Assembly (NCBI RefSeq): GCF_044704955.1
Contig: NC_091977.1
Span: forward strand, 429,784,001 to 429,848,000
Source of the DNA: Pristiophorus japonicus
Taxonomy: Eukaryota
DNA: 64,000 nt
Direction: 5' to 3'
Shown here in pieces: positions 1-13,300 of this stretch (within the stretch, counting starts at the first letter, position 1; the number at the start of each line of letters is the position of its first letter). The position numbers were made by a program, and so were the translations under genes. Below the pieces are notes generated by a model. It was not told where the DNA came from. It searched no databases and worked only from the letters and a program-made list of their open reading frames with translations.

Positions 1-12
1 TATTAGATCAGC

Positions 13-1203
13 ATGGGTACCGCTTATGCTGTCTCACCTTGGACTTCAGAATCAGAAAAAGATTAGCCCCAGCACCAACAACACCAGCCACTCCAGCAAC
101 AGCAGCCTCATGCTCCACAGAAGAGAGGGAGTCAACACAGGGCTGCACTGTGCCAGAGGCGATACCCCCAACACAGGGTATTCAGGCAGAGGATGAGCTT
201 CTTGGACATGATTGAACAGCAGTGCTTCAGGAGACTCGGGCTATTGTGCCAGGCCGTTGCAGATGTGTGTAGCTTGCTGGAACAAGATCTGCTGCCCCGA
301 GAACCTATTGGACACGCCTTACCAATGGCTGTCAAAGTCACAACCACCCTCAACTTCTTCACTTCAGGCTCCTTCCAGAGATCTGCAGCATTGATCTCGC
401 AGTCGGCCGCAGTGGGCAAATGCATCACCCAGGTAACCAATGTCATGTTTCACAAGTCAGCCAATTATGTAAACGTTGTCATTGATGAAGCAAGTGTTAC
501 TGAGCGGGGGCTTAGCTTTATGGCTCTGGCTGGCTTCCCACAGATGCAGGACGTCAGCAACTGCATACATGTGGCCATCAAGACACCCCCACATCACCCA
601 GGAGTGTTTGTGAATTGCAAGGGCTCCCACTCCCTCAATGTGCAGCTCGTCTGCAACAATAAAAAGATCATCATGCTTGTGTGCGCCAGATTCCCTGGCA
701 GCTGTCATGACTCTTTAATGCTGCCGGTCCACCCACCCTCAGCTTTTCGCACCTCCAAACAGACTTACCGGCTCGCTGTTTGGAGTCAAGGGCTGTCCAC
801 TGAAGACTTGGCTGATGATACCCTTAGGAGGCCAACCAATGAGGCCGAGGAGCTTTATAATGTCAACCACATGTCCACCAGATGTGTCAGAGAGCAAGCA
901 ATTAGCATGATGAAGATGCGCTTCAGATGCCTTGACAGATCTGGTGGAGCCCTTCAATACGCATCAGCCAGGGTCTCCAGAATGATCATGGTATGCTGCG
1001 TGTTGCAGAACATAGTACAGCAGTGAGGATTGGAACTGTAGGAGGAGCAAGATGCAGAGTGCACAGCCTTCGGAGGAGGAGGAAGAGGAGGAACAGGTGG
1101 AACACAAGGAGGAGGAGGAACCTGAGGTGGAGATGGCACCAGCAGTGGTGAACATTGCTGACGGGAGGCCCGGGATGGCCTCATAATGGCCAGATTTACT
1201 TAA
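13..1203 (+). pseudogene. Harbinger DDE transposase (HARBI1-like), disrupted
   Basis: Motifs LNFFTSGSFQ, GFPQ..NCIHV (catalytic D appears as N), [43 protein letters not shown], then an acidic tail. Stop at 64-66, apparent frameshift near 720-830, stop at 1024-1026. Confidence 0.9.
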
Positions 1204-2027
1204 CTTGCACCAGTGCACCCATATGGCTCCCAGATGCTGTACTAACTTCCCCCCGCTCCCTCCTCCCTGTTGGAGATGGATTCCTCCATCCTCTGTACAA
1301 TACATCCTCCGGTGAGGATTCTCCACTGTTGTCCCTGTTTCTACCATCTGCTCTTGCTCACTTGTGATGTGTGAGACACCAGGTGACAACACTACTCTAT
1401 CTCGCACAGGACCCACCGAGGTATGCGTATCTGTGCTGGTGCTGGGTGCGCATGGGTCTGCTGACAGTGCACCCTCAGAGACTGGAGCTTCCTCTGAGGA
1501 ATTGTCTTCCTCCTCCAGCTGGACAGTCAAGGAGGAGAGCACTTGATGGACCAACGAAAGAGTAAAGAGATGAATTAGAAGTCTTATGATAAGAATGTGT
1601 AACATTACATGATGACATTTCACTGGCTGCTGACATCAGTCACCATGAGTGACTGTTGTATGCCATGTGGCTGTATGATATTTAATTCTGTCACCAGGTT
1701 GCTGCGAGGTCCCCCTCTCTATCTCCCACCACTAGCAGGTCTGCAATTCCAGAGATTTTTAGGGCCTCCTCCTCTGTTGGAGTCAAATTTGTGAATATTG
1801 GTGGCCCTGCCTCTCCCTGTTATTCTGGGCTCTCATCTCCTGCAAGAAGGGAAAGAAGGGAACTTTGAGAGTGACAGAATAATTGCAAGGAATGGATAGG
1901 CTACAGCTGTAGAGGGTGACTATGAGGGAGTGGCGTGACATTGCCAAAAGGCCTCCTTCTGAGGTGTTACTTGCTATAATTGCGTTAGGATGAGGGTGAG
2001 TGTCAATGGTGATTAGTCAGATGGTTC

Positions 2028-2172
2028 CAGGCCGAAAGGAGTCCGCACCGGCCAGCTGTAATTCCGGGTCGAAAGGACTCCACACCGGCCTTGGGCCGAA
2101 AAGGACTCTGTACCGGCCCGATGTAATTTCGAAAGGACCGGTCCGCACCCATCCCGGGCCAAAAAGACTCCG
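2028..2172. repeat. Degenerate GC-rich tandem repeat, about 5 copies of GGGCCGAAAGGACTCCGCACCGGCC
   Basis: Units are visible directly, with a TGTAATT spacer after units 1 and 3. Confidence 0.7.
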
Positions 2173-3697
2173 AGCAAAATGCCTAGAACATAAACTCCTC
2201 ATCACCAACACCTTGTTCCACCAGAGGGACAAAATACAAGGTATCGTGGCAACACCCTCGCTCCAAACTACCTGCTCGACTATGTCATCGGCCGAGCCAG
2301 GGATCGTAAGAATGAGTGCATCACCCGTACCATGACAGGAGCTGACGACTGCTGGACGGACCACCGCCTAATCCGATCCATCATTAGCATAGCTCCAAAG
2401 CAGAGGGGACAACAGAAGCAGTGCTGCAAAAAAGTTAATGCCGGGGCACTTAAAGACCCAGCTAAGAGAGCCCTATATAGCCAGCGCCTCACAGCTAATC
2501 TGGCGTGCCTTGATGACCCCGAGATGCTGAATGTCCACAGCGCTTGGTCTGCCCTCCAGGCTTCTATAACCAGTGCCTGTGAAGAGACACTTGGTCACTC
2601 AACCAGAAAACACCAGAAAACCAGAAAACTGAAAACATGAAAATGATCAGGAGATCCAAGAACTTATAGATTGCAAACAAAAAGCATTTTTGAGCCTCAA
2701 GCAACAACCCAACTCGAGAGCTGCAAAGCAACATTACAGATGGCTCAAGGCTGAGGTCCAACAAAAAACCCAGGATCTAAAGAACAGGTGGTGGATGGAG
2801 AAAGCACAGGAGATACAACAACTGGCAGACAGCCACGATATGCGAGGATTCTTCATTGCAGTCAAGGCCACATACGGTCCAAACTCCCAAGGCCCCACCC
2901 CACTACTGGCCAAGAATGGGGAAACACTCATCAAGGACACCGAGGCTGGCAGGGCCTGATGGAAGGAGCACTTTGAAGATCTCCTCAATCGAGACTCTGC
3001 CTTTGACTCGAGTGTTCTTGACTCCATCCCGCCACCGACTCAGTGAAACTCCAACGCTGCACGAGGTTGCCAATGCCATAAAACAGCTCAAGAATAACAA
3101 GGCTACGAGTGCGGATGGAATCCCTGCTGAGACGCTAAAGTATGGCGGAGGGGCGCTGTTGGCGCGGATACATGATCTCATCTTTCTCATCTGGAGGGAG
3201 GAGAGCATGCCAGGAGATCTTAGAGATGCAGTGATCGTGACCATTTTTAAAAAGGAGGATGTCCGACTGTGGCAACTACAGGGGAATCTCCCTGCTATCA
3301 GCCACTGGGAAAGTTGTCGCTAGAGTTCTCCTCAACTGTCTTCTCCCTGTGGTCGAGGAGCTCCTCCCGGAATCACAGTGCAGATTTTGTCCCTTATGGG
3401 GCACAATGGACATGATCTTTGCTGCGCGACAGCTGCAGGAAAAATGCAGGGAGCAGCGCCAGCCCTTATACATGGCCTTTTTCGATCTTACAAAGGCCTT
3501 TGACACTGTCAACCATGAGGGTCTATCAAGCATCCTCCTCCGTTTCGGATGCCCCAAAAGTTTGTCAACATCCTTCGCCTGCTCCACGATGACATGCAGG
3601 CCGTGATCCTTACCAACGGATCCATTACAGACCCAATTCACGTCCGGACCGGGGTCAAACAGGGCTGCGTCATCGCTCCAACCCTCTTCTCAATCTT
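2173..3697 (+). mobile_element. RTE-clade LINE internal fragment (end of endonuclease, tether, start of RT)
   Basis: LLITNTLFHQ, GADDCWTDHRLI, WWMEKAQEIQQLADSHD, CGNYRGISLLS..GK, QEKCREQ..LYMAFFDLTKAFDTV, GVKQGC. Frameshifted. Confidence 0.92.
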
Positions 3698-4068
3698 CCT
3701 CTGGTTGCCAACCAGAGAATGAACCATTTATCCCGACTTTCTGTTTTCTGTTCGTTAGCCAATCCTCTATCCATGCTAATATATTACCCCCAACCCCGTG
3801 AACTTTTATCTTGTGCAGTAACCTTTTATGTGACACCTTGTCAAATGCCTTCTGGAAGTTCAAATACACCACATCCACTGGTTCCTCTTTATCCACCCTG
3901 TTCGTTACATCCACAAAGAATTCCAGCAAATTTGTCAAACATGACTTCCTCTTCCTAAATTCATGCTGACTCTGCCTGACCAAATTTTGCTTTTCCAAAT
4001 GTCCTGCTACTGCTTCTTTAGCCCTCGAGCCTGCTCCGTCATTCAATAAAATCATGGCTGATCTGATT
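3698..4068 (-). mobile_element. CR1 LINE fragment (RT piece joined to a 3' UTR piece)
   Basis: SQHEFRKRKSCLTNLLEFF..VDVVYLNFQKAFDKV..WIEDWL; 4021-4068 resembles the CR1 3' UTR seen in other copies here. Confidence 0.88.
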
Positions 4069-5259
4069 GACACGCACATCAGTATGTAAGGTGAGTGAGG
4101 CATAGTACTCACCTTTCCTGACCTCATGAGATCATTGAATCTTTTGTGGCACTGGATCCACGTTCACCTGACCAGCTCCCTGCTGCTGACTTCCTGCGAT
4201 CTCTAGCCATGTCCTCTTGGTGTCTTTGACTGGCCTTTTGCATCCATCCGCAGGGAACAGGACATCCTTGCGTGCTCTGACTGCCTGGACCAGCACTTCC
4301 AGGGAGGCATCTGGGAATCTCCTGTCCGTGTGTCTCCATGACCCACAGAAATCTCAATATTATGCAGCAATATGATATGTAGCTCATCCAAACATGCGTC
4401 ATCGGTGACATCATCAGACCCGCTCCATTGCATGACTCATTCAATTGATGCAATTGGGTTAAACACACAGTGTAGAACGTACTGATGAAAAGTTCAGAAT
4501 GGCGACCCACTGATGTGCAGGTGAAGTTGGGCCTTTATTTCCAGCATAGTGCCAAATTATAGACAATTTCTGTACAATAGATTTGCATTCAATATAAATT
4601 GGCTTGAGACTGAAGAAAGAAAAGTTTCATCCAATTGTTTGTGTTGGACTTTACCCTAGATTCCAGAGGTGAAGAGACACTGATGGGAAGTCATCTGCAT
4701 CTCCCACTCCCCCTGAGAATAAAGTAGTTGCATATCCTCATAATCACAGGCAACATGAGTAAGAAAAAAAACTAAACTTTAACAAAAAGACTGTATTTTT
4801 CTTCCGGTTGGTTAACTACTGTATGGTGCAATACATATTTTAAACTGGAGATTTTGCAGTTGCTACAAACTATACTTAACTAGACATTTAAAACATTCTG
4901 TCTCACTCCATAAAACTTTAGGTATTTGAAATGTACGCACAATTATCAAAGCATTCATTATAATTGGCATTCCTAAAATACTACACATCAATTTTCTACA
5001 TCCCAGAAATATTGTCAGGCTAAGAAAATATTTAGTGTGAAATAAGTTGAGAGATTCCCTCTCTTTTTCTCTCTCTCTCTAAAGTATGTTTACTGTCTCT
5101 CAGATCTGTTTCTCTGCACTGCACTGCACCGAAGTTTTATAAGAAAACTCAATTTATTTAACTTTTATATTGGCCACCAAATATATTTTAATTAATTTTT
5201 TGGTAAAGTTATTATTTTAAGTTTATTTACTCTTTATTTTATCTTATTTATCTCAACCA

Positions 5260-5450
5260 TCACCGCCTCCATGGACCTAGCTCAGGACTTTGGGGCTCAG
5301 GCTGGATACCCTTCCTCCTTGTCCCTGCCATTGTACTTTTGATGCCATCCCATTTAGGTTTTCTGACCTGCCCATTGAAGTTTGTCCTCAACCCATTTGG
5401 GATTCTTGTTTGTCTTCCCTTGTTGTTTCTGTCATACTCCAACTTCTTTA
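5260..5450 (-). CDS. Candidate terminal coding exon of an unidentified host gene
   Basis: Minus strand: T-rich acceptor ttttaatag, phase-1 open frame KKLEYDRNNKGRQ...QSPELGPWRR*, then two AATAAA within 40 nt. More GC-rich than its AT-rich flanks. No protein recognised. Confidence 0.4.
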
Positions 5451-6916
5451 CTATTAAAAATTGTATCATTAAAAATGTAAATGGTACTGACAAGTACGAT
5501 CCTCCTTCTTACAAAAAGTATGAAAGAAGTAGAAGGAAAAATAGTTCAAGTATGTAATATAAATTTAAAAAACACTGACACAAAATTATTCAATTCTCAG
5601 AAACACTTTACCACCATTATAGCGCTCTGATATATATTTGTATTATTTAAGCACATATAAAAAGTATATAAAATCTGTTTGACCACTGGTACTTCGCTGT
5701 ACTGCACCCTATCATTTCAAAACACAATTGTCCACCTGTGTTTTCCACTGCAGCAAATTCCTGATTTCAGCCACCAAGATGCAAACAGCTTGCCATTGAT
5801 TACCTCATAAGCCATATCAGCTCTTTTAACTTTCAGTTACGTAACAGCATTAGCTTATCTTTTGGCTTCTGCGCACGTTATTGGACTTCTCTCTGATCTC
5901 ATTCCTGGTCCAGATTTTGGGGACACATCATTTACCCTTTTGGCAACCTAATGCCACGTACATTGGCACCTAGCCCTTTAGCTAGTAACACTGAACCGAA
6001 CAGCTTCTACCCTCTTAAGACAGCATCTACAAATCTGGATAGAAACATATTCATAAACCAAGTTTTTCGTGACCGTGGTTCAGATATAGTAGCCCTGGGA
6101 TTTGCACTGTCCGTAGCTGATGGAACATATGTGGGGGACATATATACGAGTTAGGTGGCCACTTCAGAACTGTGAAACTGGCATTATCAGATGTAAATGG
6201 AATTGGTTAGATTTCTGATGTTAAAATAACTGTCAAACTAGTGAAAGATTACTCCCAGTAATTTTTCACATGGAAGAATGCTAGCCTTAATAAATCAATA
6301 AGGTAGGAAAATGAATAACGAATAACCACTTGTTTCTTCTCTTTTCACATTTTTATTTTCCTTATACAGTGATATTTGCATTTTATTTCATCTGTAGCTG
6401 TAGCACAATTACATCTTTGGGGATTTAAATGTAGTTACACGGAATTTAAGCTATAAATTTAGATTACATAGAATATACAGCATAGAAACAGGCCAGTCGG
6501 CCAAACCAATCCATGCTGGCATTTATTCTCCACTTGTGCCTTCTCCCATCCTTCCTCATCTAACTCTATCAGCATAACCCTCTATTCCCTTCTCCCTCAT
6601 ATGCGTATCTAGCTTCCCCTTAAATGTATCTATATTATTTGCCTCAAACATTTCCTGTGGTAGCGAGTTCCTCATTCTCACCACTCTCTGGGTAAAGACG
6701 TTTCTTCTCAATTCCTGATTTGATTTATTGGTGACTTTCTTATATTGATGGCCTCAGTTTTGCTCTTCTCCACTAGTGGAAACACTCTTTGTCTACTCTA
6801 TCAAAACCTTTCATCATTTTAAAGACCACTACTGAGTCACCCCTCAGCCTTCTCTTTTCATAAGAAAAGAGACCCAGCCTGATCACCTTTTCTTGATAGA
6901 TATAACCTTGCAGTTA

Positions 6917-7900
6917 CATAAGAAGATAAGAAATAGGAACAGGAGTAGGCCATACGGCCCCTCGAGCCTGCTCCGCCATTTAATACGATCATGGACTCAG
7001 GTCCAATTTCCTGCATGATCTCCATTATCCCTTATTCCCTTATCGTTTAAGAAACTGTCTATTTATGTCTTAAATTTATTCAATGTCCCAGCTTCCACAG
7101 CTCTCTGAGGCAGCGAATTGCATAGATCCACAACCCTCAGAGAAGAAATTTCTCCTTGTCTCAGTTTTAAATGGGCGGCTCCTTATTCTAAGATTATGTC
7201 CTCGAGATCTAGTCTCCCCTATCAGTGGAAACATCCTCTCTGTATCCACCTTGTCAAGCCCCCTCATAATCTTATACATTACGAAAAGATCACCTCTCAT
7301 TCTTCTGAATTCCAATGAGTAGAGGCCCATCCTACTCAACCTTTCCTCTTAAGTCAACCCCCTCATCTCCGGAATCAACCTTGTGAACCTCCTCTGAACT
7401 GCCTCCAAGCATATCCTTTTGTAAATATGGAAACCAAAACTGCATGCTGTAATCCAGGTGTGGCCTCACCAATACCCTGTACAACTGTAGCAAGACTTCC
7501 CTGCTTTTATACTCTATCCCCTTTGCAATAAAGGCCAATATTCCATTGGCCTTCCTGATCACTTGTTGTACCTGCATATGAACCTTTTATGTTTCATGAA
7601 CAAGGACCGCCAGGTCCCACTGTATTGCAGCACTTTGCAATCTTTCTCCATTTAAATAATAACTTGCTCTTGGATTTTTTTCTGCCAAAATGCATGACCT
7701 CACTTTCTAACATTATACTCCATCTGCCAAATTTTTACTCACTCACTTAGCCTGTCTATGTCCTTTTGCAGATTTTTTGTGTCCTCCTCACACATTGCTT
7801 TTCCTCCCATCTTTGTATCATCAGCAAACTTGGCTACATTACACTTGGTCCCTTCCTCCAAGTCGTTAATATAGATTGTAAATAGTTGGGGTCCCTGGCA
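6917..7900 (-). mobile_element. Younger 5'-truncated CR1 LINE nested in the older CR1
   Basis: QVQQVIRKANGILAFI..LVRPHL, LGLYSLEFRRMRGDL, 3' UTR and simple-repeat tail at about 6917-6935. Confidence 0.9.
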
Positions 7901-8353
7901 TCATCCGTGAAAATATTTTTTGCACCTTCTCCAGAGCCTCTATATCCTTTTTATAATATGCCAACCAGAACTGTACATAGAACTCCAAGTGTGGTCTAAC
8001 CAAGTAGAGCATAACTTCTCTGCTTTTCAATTCTATCCCTCTTGAAATAAACCCTAGTGCTTGGTCTGCTTTTGTTACGGCCTTATTGACCTGTATCACA
8101 ACTTTTAGTGATTTGTGTATTTGTATTCCCAGATCCCTTTGCTGCTCTACCCAATTTAGATTTGTATTTTCCAATATATGACCTCCTTATTTTTCTTACC
8201 AAAATGTAATAACTCACACTTATTTTTGTTTAAATTCATTTGCCAATTATATGCCAATTCTGCAAGGTTATTAATGTCTTGCAATTTGTTGCAGTCCTCC
8301 TCAGTGTTGACTATCCCTCCCAATTTGGTGTCGTCCACAAATTTAGAAACTGT

Positions 8354-9143
8354 GGGGGAGAAATTGGCCTTTTTTATAGGGGGCGCGAATGGGGCGCAAT
8401 GAGGTTATCGCCTGGGGGAAGGGGTCAATAGCCCCTCTGGGGAAATTACCCCGGTGGTTTGGTGGTGTAGTGCCGTTAGCGCTGTGCCCATGATTTGCGC
8501 CCCGGGTAGGCGCACGCACGTTGATGACATCATCGCCTTGCACGCCGGCCCTTCACCGCCCAGTGTCGACCCTTTGTGCCTCATGGGGGAAATTGCCCTG
8601 CAGGCAGCAAGGATGGTGCCGGCCGTTGTCACCACCAGCTTCACAGGTTGCGAAGCTGGCAGACATCTGCCACCGAGGCTCCCCTTAAAGGGGAGGCCAT
8701 TTGCGCCGTGGGCTGCCATATTTTTCTGTCGGCTGACTAGTTTGTCGGCCCGACAATGGCGGCCCTCACCTCAACTGGGCCACTTTCCTGTAGCCCGACA
8801 CTCCGTTTTGGGTGCCGGGCTATTGGCCCAGTTGAGGGAATCCCTGGTGGCCCAGTGGCAGCCGCCAAAACGGACTGCAGGGTGCGCAACGGCCTTCCCC
8901 TTTAACAGAAGGGGAGGGATGTTATGACACGGCAAAGCGACGCGGCACATCCATGTCGCGCTGCCCCGCTTCCGCCCCTCAACTGCCCCGCGGAGGCGCA
9001 GAGCGCCTTTGATAGCGCCCCGGACATTTTTCAGAGTTAAAGACCCGAATTCTGGGTCACTTACCTATACTTCACGACGAGTGATAAATTTTCATCTAAT
9101 TCGAATTATGCACCCCAAATGGTGTGTGGGGAAATTTCGCCCC
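8354..9143. mobile_element. Harbinger-type MITE
   Basis: Ends GGGGGAGAAATT / AATTTCGCCCC, flanked by TGT (8351-8353, 9144-9146). Interrupts CR1 cleanly; non-coding and GC-rich. Confidence 0.85.
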
Positions 9144-9529
9144 TGTGTTTTTGATTCCAAAGTCTAGATCGTTAATATAAGTTGTGAACAACAGTGGTCC
9201 CAGCACTAATCTTGTGGGATCCCATTGCCCACCTTTTGCCACTCTGAATAGCTGTTCTTGACCCCTACTTTCTGCTTTTTGTCTTGAAGTCAGCGAGCTA
9301 CATATTCTGCTACTTGTCCCCTGACTCTGCATTTTCTGACTTGATTCATTCATCTAATATGTGGTACCTTCTCAAAGGTCCTTTGGAAACCTAGATATAT
9401 TACATCTACTGCATTACCCTTTTCTATACTCTCTGTCACCTCGTCAAAGAATTCAATGAGGTTGGTTAAGCAAGACTTTCCCTTTTGAAATCCATGGTGA
9501 CTATTGATTATTATATTTTTGGTTTCCAG

Positions 9530-10254
9530 GGCCTGGAAATTATCCTCCTTAGCGCCACCCGTTATCACCACTGGGGGGCAATAACGGGGCACTAACTCCG
9601 ACCGGGCATGGCGAGATTAATGACTCCTGCTAAATTGGGCGAGAGGTTTGCGGCGGTGCGCCCGGAGATCATGAAATCATTGCAGAGCGCATCGCCATGG
9701 TAGCGCCTCGGACCCGAACTTTGATTCCGCCCCTGCAGCATTGCCGAGCGACAACACCGACAGCTGCAGGAGGCATTGTTCAGGAGGCTGGGAATTGGGA
9801 TGCGGAAGTTAAAGGGGAGGTTGGCGTGGGTAAGAGAAAAATTTTCATAATGCGCCATGTGGATTTTTTCAATTCTTCCTGGGTTGTGATCAGTCAGCCC
9901 GGTACGCTGCTAGAGTGCTTGGGCTGATCGGGCTGAGTCGCGGCTGCCGTCATGGACCAGCTATCTGGTCCCAATACAGAATCTGCAGCTATGCATCTTC
10001 CTTTTAAGGGAGGGAAGGAGCCTTGGATCGTGGCTGCGCTGCAGAGGACATGATGCAGTGCTGCAATACTACCGTCCCGCCTGTATCCTTTAGCGCTCCA
10101 GAAAGGAAGTGGAGCGTTTAATTTAGCATTCCACCTCCTTCCTGGAGCGCTACACCAAATTTTGAAGAAGCTAGGAATCATTAGCATCTGGCACTAATTT
10201 TTCCAGCTTTCAAAAGTTAGCACCCCAAAAGGGGCACTCCCGAATTTCTTCCTC
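9530..10254. mobile_element. Harbinger-type MITE
   Basis: Ends GGCCTGGAAATT / AATTTCTTCCTC, flanked by CAG/TAG. Interrupts CR1. Confidence 0.75.
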
Positions 10255-10370
10255 TAGATGTTTTTCTATTTTATCCTTTGGTAGGGATTCCATTATTTTT
10301 TCTGCTACTGATGTTAAACTGGTCTATAGTTCCCTGGACATGTTCTATCTCCCTTCTTAAATATCGTTAT

Positions 10371-13300
10371 TGTTAGATTTGTAATCTTGTATTTACTCTG
10401 TATAGCCATCAGAGGTCTCATCCCCTGGAGTCCCAAGGGATCCCATAAACCCTTGAGAGTATAGGTATTTAAGGAGGCCTCACAGGTTAGAGAGGCACTC
10501 GGGAGACCTGCAATAAAAGACTAAGATCACACTTTACTTTGAGCTCAGTGTTCAGTCTGACTCTTTCTCCATACATAACAACTGGCGACGAGATACAGTT
10601 AAGCGAACCCAAAGATGCAGAGAACAGTGGGCATCCTGGAGAAATTCTCGGAGGGAGATGATTGGGAAACTTTTGTGGAGTGACTCGACCAATACTTCGT
10701 GGCCAACGAGCTGGATGGGGAAGAGAACACTGCCAAACGAAGGGCGATCCTCCTCACCATCTGTGGGGCACCAACGTATGGCCTCATGAAGAATCTGTTC
10801 ACTCCAGCGAAACCCACGGAGAAATCGTACGATGATTTGTGCACACTGGTCCGAGAGCATTTGAATCTAAAGGAAAGCATTCTGATGGCGAGGTACCGGT
10901 TCTACACCTACTAAAGGTCTGAAGGCCAGGAAGTGGCGAGTTATGTCGCCGAGCTAAGACACCTTGCAAGACATTGCGAATTTAAAGGACATTTGGAGCA
11001 CATGCTCAGAGACTTTTTCGTACTTGGCATTGGCCACAAAACCATACTTCACAAACTTTTGACTGTAGAGACCCCAACCTTGAGTAAGGCCATAGCGATA
11101 GCCCAGGCGTTCATTGCCACCAGTGACAAAACTAATCAAATCTCTCAGCACACAAGTGCTGCTACAAGTACTGTGAACAAAGTGATGTTGTTTTCGAATC
11201 GCAATGTACAGGGCAGGTCACACATGCCTGCAGCTGCACATCTGCAGATGTCTCAGAGAGCCCCATCAAATGTGATGAATGCAAGGCCATTAACACCTTG
11301 TTGGCGCTGCGGGGGTGATCATCGTTTCCATCCATGCTGATTCAAACGGTATGTTTGTAAGGGCTGTGGAACAATGGGACACCTCCAACTTATGTGCAGG
11401 CGAGCTGCTAATCCTGTTAAACCTGCAAACCACCATCTTGCAGAGGGGGACAAATCCACAGAGGATCACGACGAACCAGAGCCTCAGACTGAGGAGGCAG
11501 AGGTACATGGGGTGCACACATTCACCACGAGTTGTTCCTCGATAATGCTAAATGTTGAACTAAATGGACTCCCGGTGTCAATGGAACTGGACACAGGCGC
11601 GAGCCAGTCCATCATGGGCAAAAAGACTTTCGAAAGATTGTGGTGCAACAAGGCCTCAAGGCCAGTCTTAATTCCAATTCGTATGAAACTAAAAACTTCC
11701 AAGAAAGAACTGATTCCCGTAATCGGCAGTGCTACCGTAAAGGTCTCCTACAATGGAACGGTGCACAAGCTACCACTTTGGGTGGTACCGGGCGATGGTC
11801 CCACGCTGCTCGGCAGGAGCTGGCTAGGAAAGATACGTTGGAACTGGGACGATGTCCGAGCGCTATCGCCCGCTGATGACACTTCGTGTGCCCAGATCTT
11901 AAACAAGTTCCCTTTGCTGTTCGAACCAGGCATCGGGAAATTCCAAGGAGCAAAAGTGAAGATCCACCTAGTTCCGGGGGCGCGACCTATCCATCACAAG
12001 GTGAGAGCAGTACCGTACATGATGAGAGAAAGGGTAGAGATCGAGCTAGACCGGCTGCAACGAGAGGGCATCATTTCACCGATCGAGTTCAATGAGTGGA
12101 CCAGCCCGATCGTTCCTGTCCTCAAGGGAGATGGCACCATCAGAATCTGTGGCGATTACAAAGTAACTATCAATCGTTTCTCCCTGCAGGACCAATACCC
12201 ACTACCAAAGGCCGACAAGCTTTGCAACGCTGGCGGGAGAAAAGACGTTCACGAAGCTGGATCTGACTTCAGTCTACATGATGCAGGAACTGGAGGAATT
12301 ATCGAAGGGCCTCACCTGCATCGACACGCACAAAGGTCTTTTTATTTATAACAGATATCCATTTGGAATTCGATCAACAGCGGCGATATTCCAGAGAAAC
12401 ATGGAAAGCTTACTGAAGTTGGTCCCGCACACCGTGCCCTTCCAGGACGATATCTTGGTCACAGGTTGGAACACAGTCGAGCATCTGCAGAACCAGGAGG
12501 AGCTTCTTAGTCGAATCAACCACGTGGGGTTCAGGTTAAAACGTTCAAAGTGCGTTTTCCTGGCGCCTGAAGTGGAGTTCTTGGGAAGGAGGATTGCGGC
12601 GGACGGCATCAGGCCCACCAACGTGAAGACGGAAGCAATCGAGAATGCACCGAGGTCACAGAACATGACGGAGCTGCGGTCATTTCTGGGACTCCTGAAC
12701 TACTTCGGTAACTTCTTACCGGGTCTCAGCACACTGTTAGAGCCACTGCATGTCTTACTACGAAAAGGGGATGAATGGGTTTGGCGCAAAAGCCAAGAAA
12801 ATGCCTTTGTAAAAGCGGAAAATTGTTAAGCTCAAACAAATTGCTTGTGTTGTATGATCCATGTAAGCCTTTGGTGCTAGCATGTGATGCGTCGCCATAT
12901 GGCGTCGGGTGTGTATTGCAACAAGCTAATGATTTTGGGAAACTGCAACTGGTTGCTCATGCATCCGGGAGTCTGTATAAGGCTGAGAGGGCCTACAGCA
13001 TGATTGACAAAGAAGCGTTAGCGTGTGTCTATGGGGTAAAGAAAATGCATCAATACCTGTTTGGGCTAAAATTCAAATTGGAAAATGACCATAAGTCACT
13101 CACATCCCTGTTTTTCAAGAGGGATAAATACTAACGCATTAGCTCGCATCCAGAGATGGGCGCTCACGTTGTCCGTATACAACTACGCCATCCGCCACAG
13201 GCCAGGCACAGAAAACTGCGCCGATGCTCTCAGTAGGCTGCCATTGCCCACCACGGGGGTGGAAATTATGCAACCCGCAGATCTAGCCATGGTTATGGAA

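Larger units (their letters stand above)
1300..4339 (-). pseudogene. Harbinger A Myb/SANT-like partner gene, three exons (about 4113-4339, 1695-1839, 1300-1550), disrupted
   Basis: Exon 1 reads DASLEVLVQAVRARKDVLFP..KRTWLEIA..TWIQCHKRFNDLMRSGK followed by gtgagt. Exon 2 follows a pyrimidine tract and cttgcag. Exon 3 is acidic/Ser-Thr rich (EEEDNSSEE..PSTSTDT). Confidence 0.8.
1..4533. mobile_element. PIF/Harbinger DNA transposon A (decayed; left end outside the window), interrupted by RTE and CR1 fragments
   Basis: HARBI1-like transposase on + and a convergent spliced Myb/SANT gene on -. TIR-like end GAAGTTGGGCC at 4523-4533. Confidence 0.85.

Noticed and set aside
193-1026. Domesticated HARBI1 gene
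   Set aside because: Catalytic Asp altered, apparent internal frameshift and stops, and it sits in a transposon with a partner gene among several similar copies.
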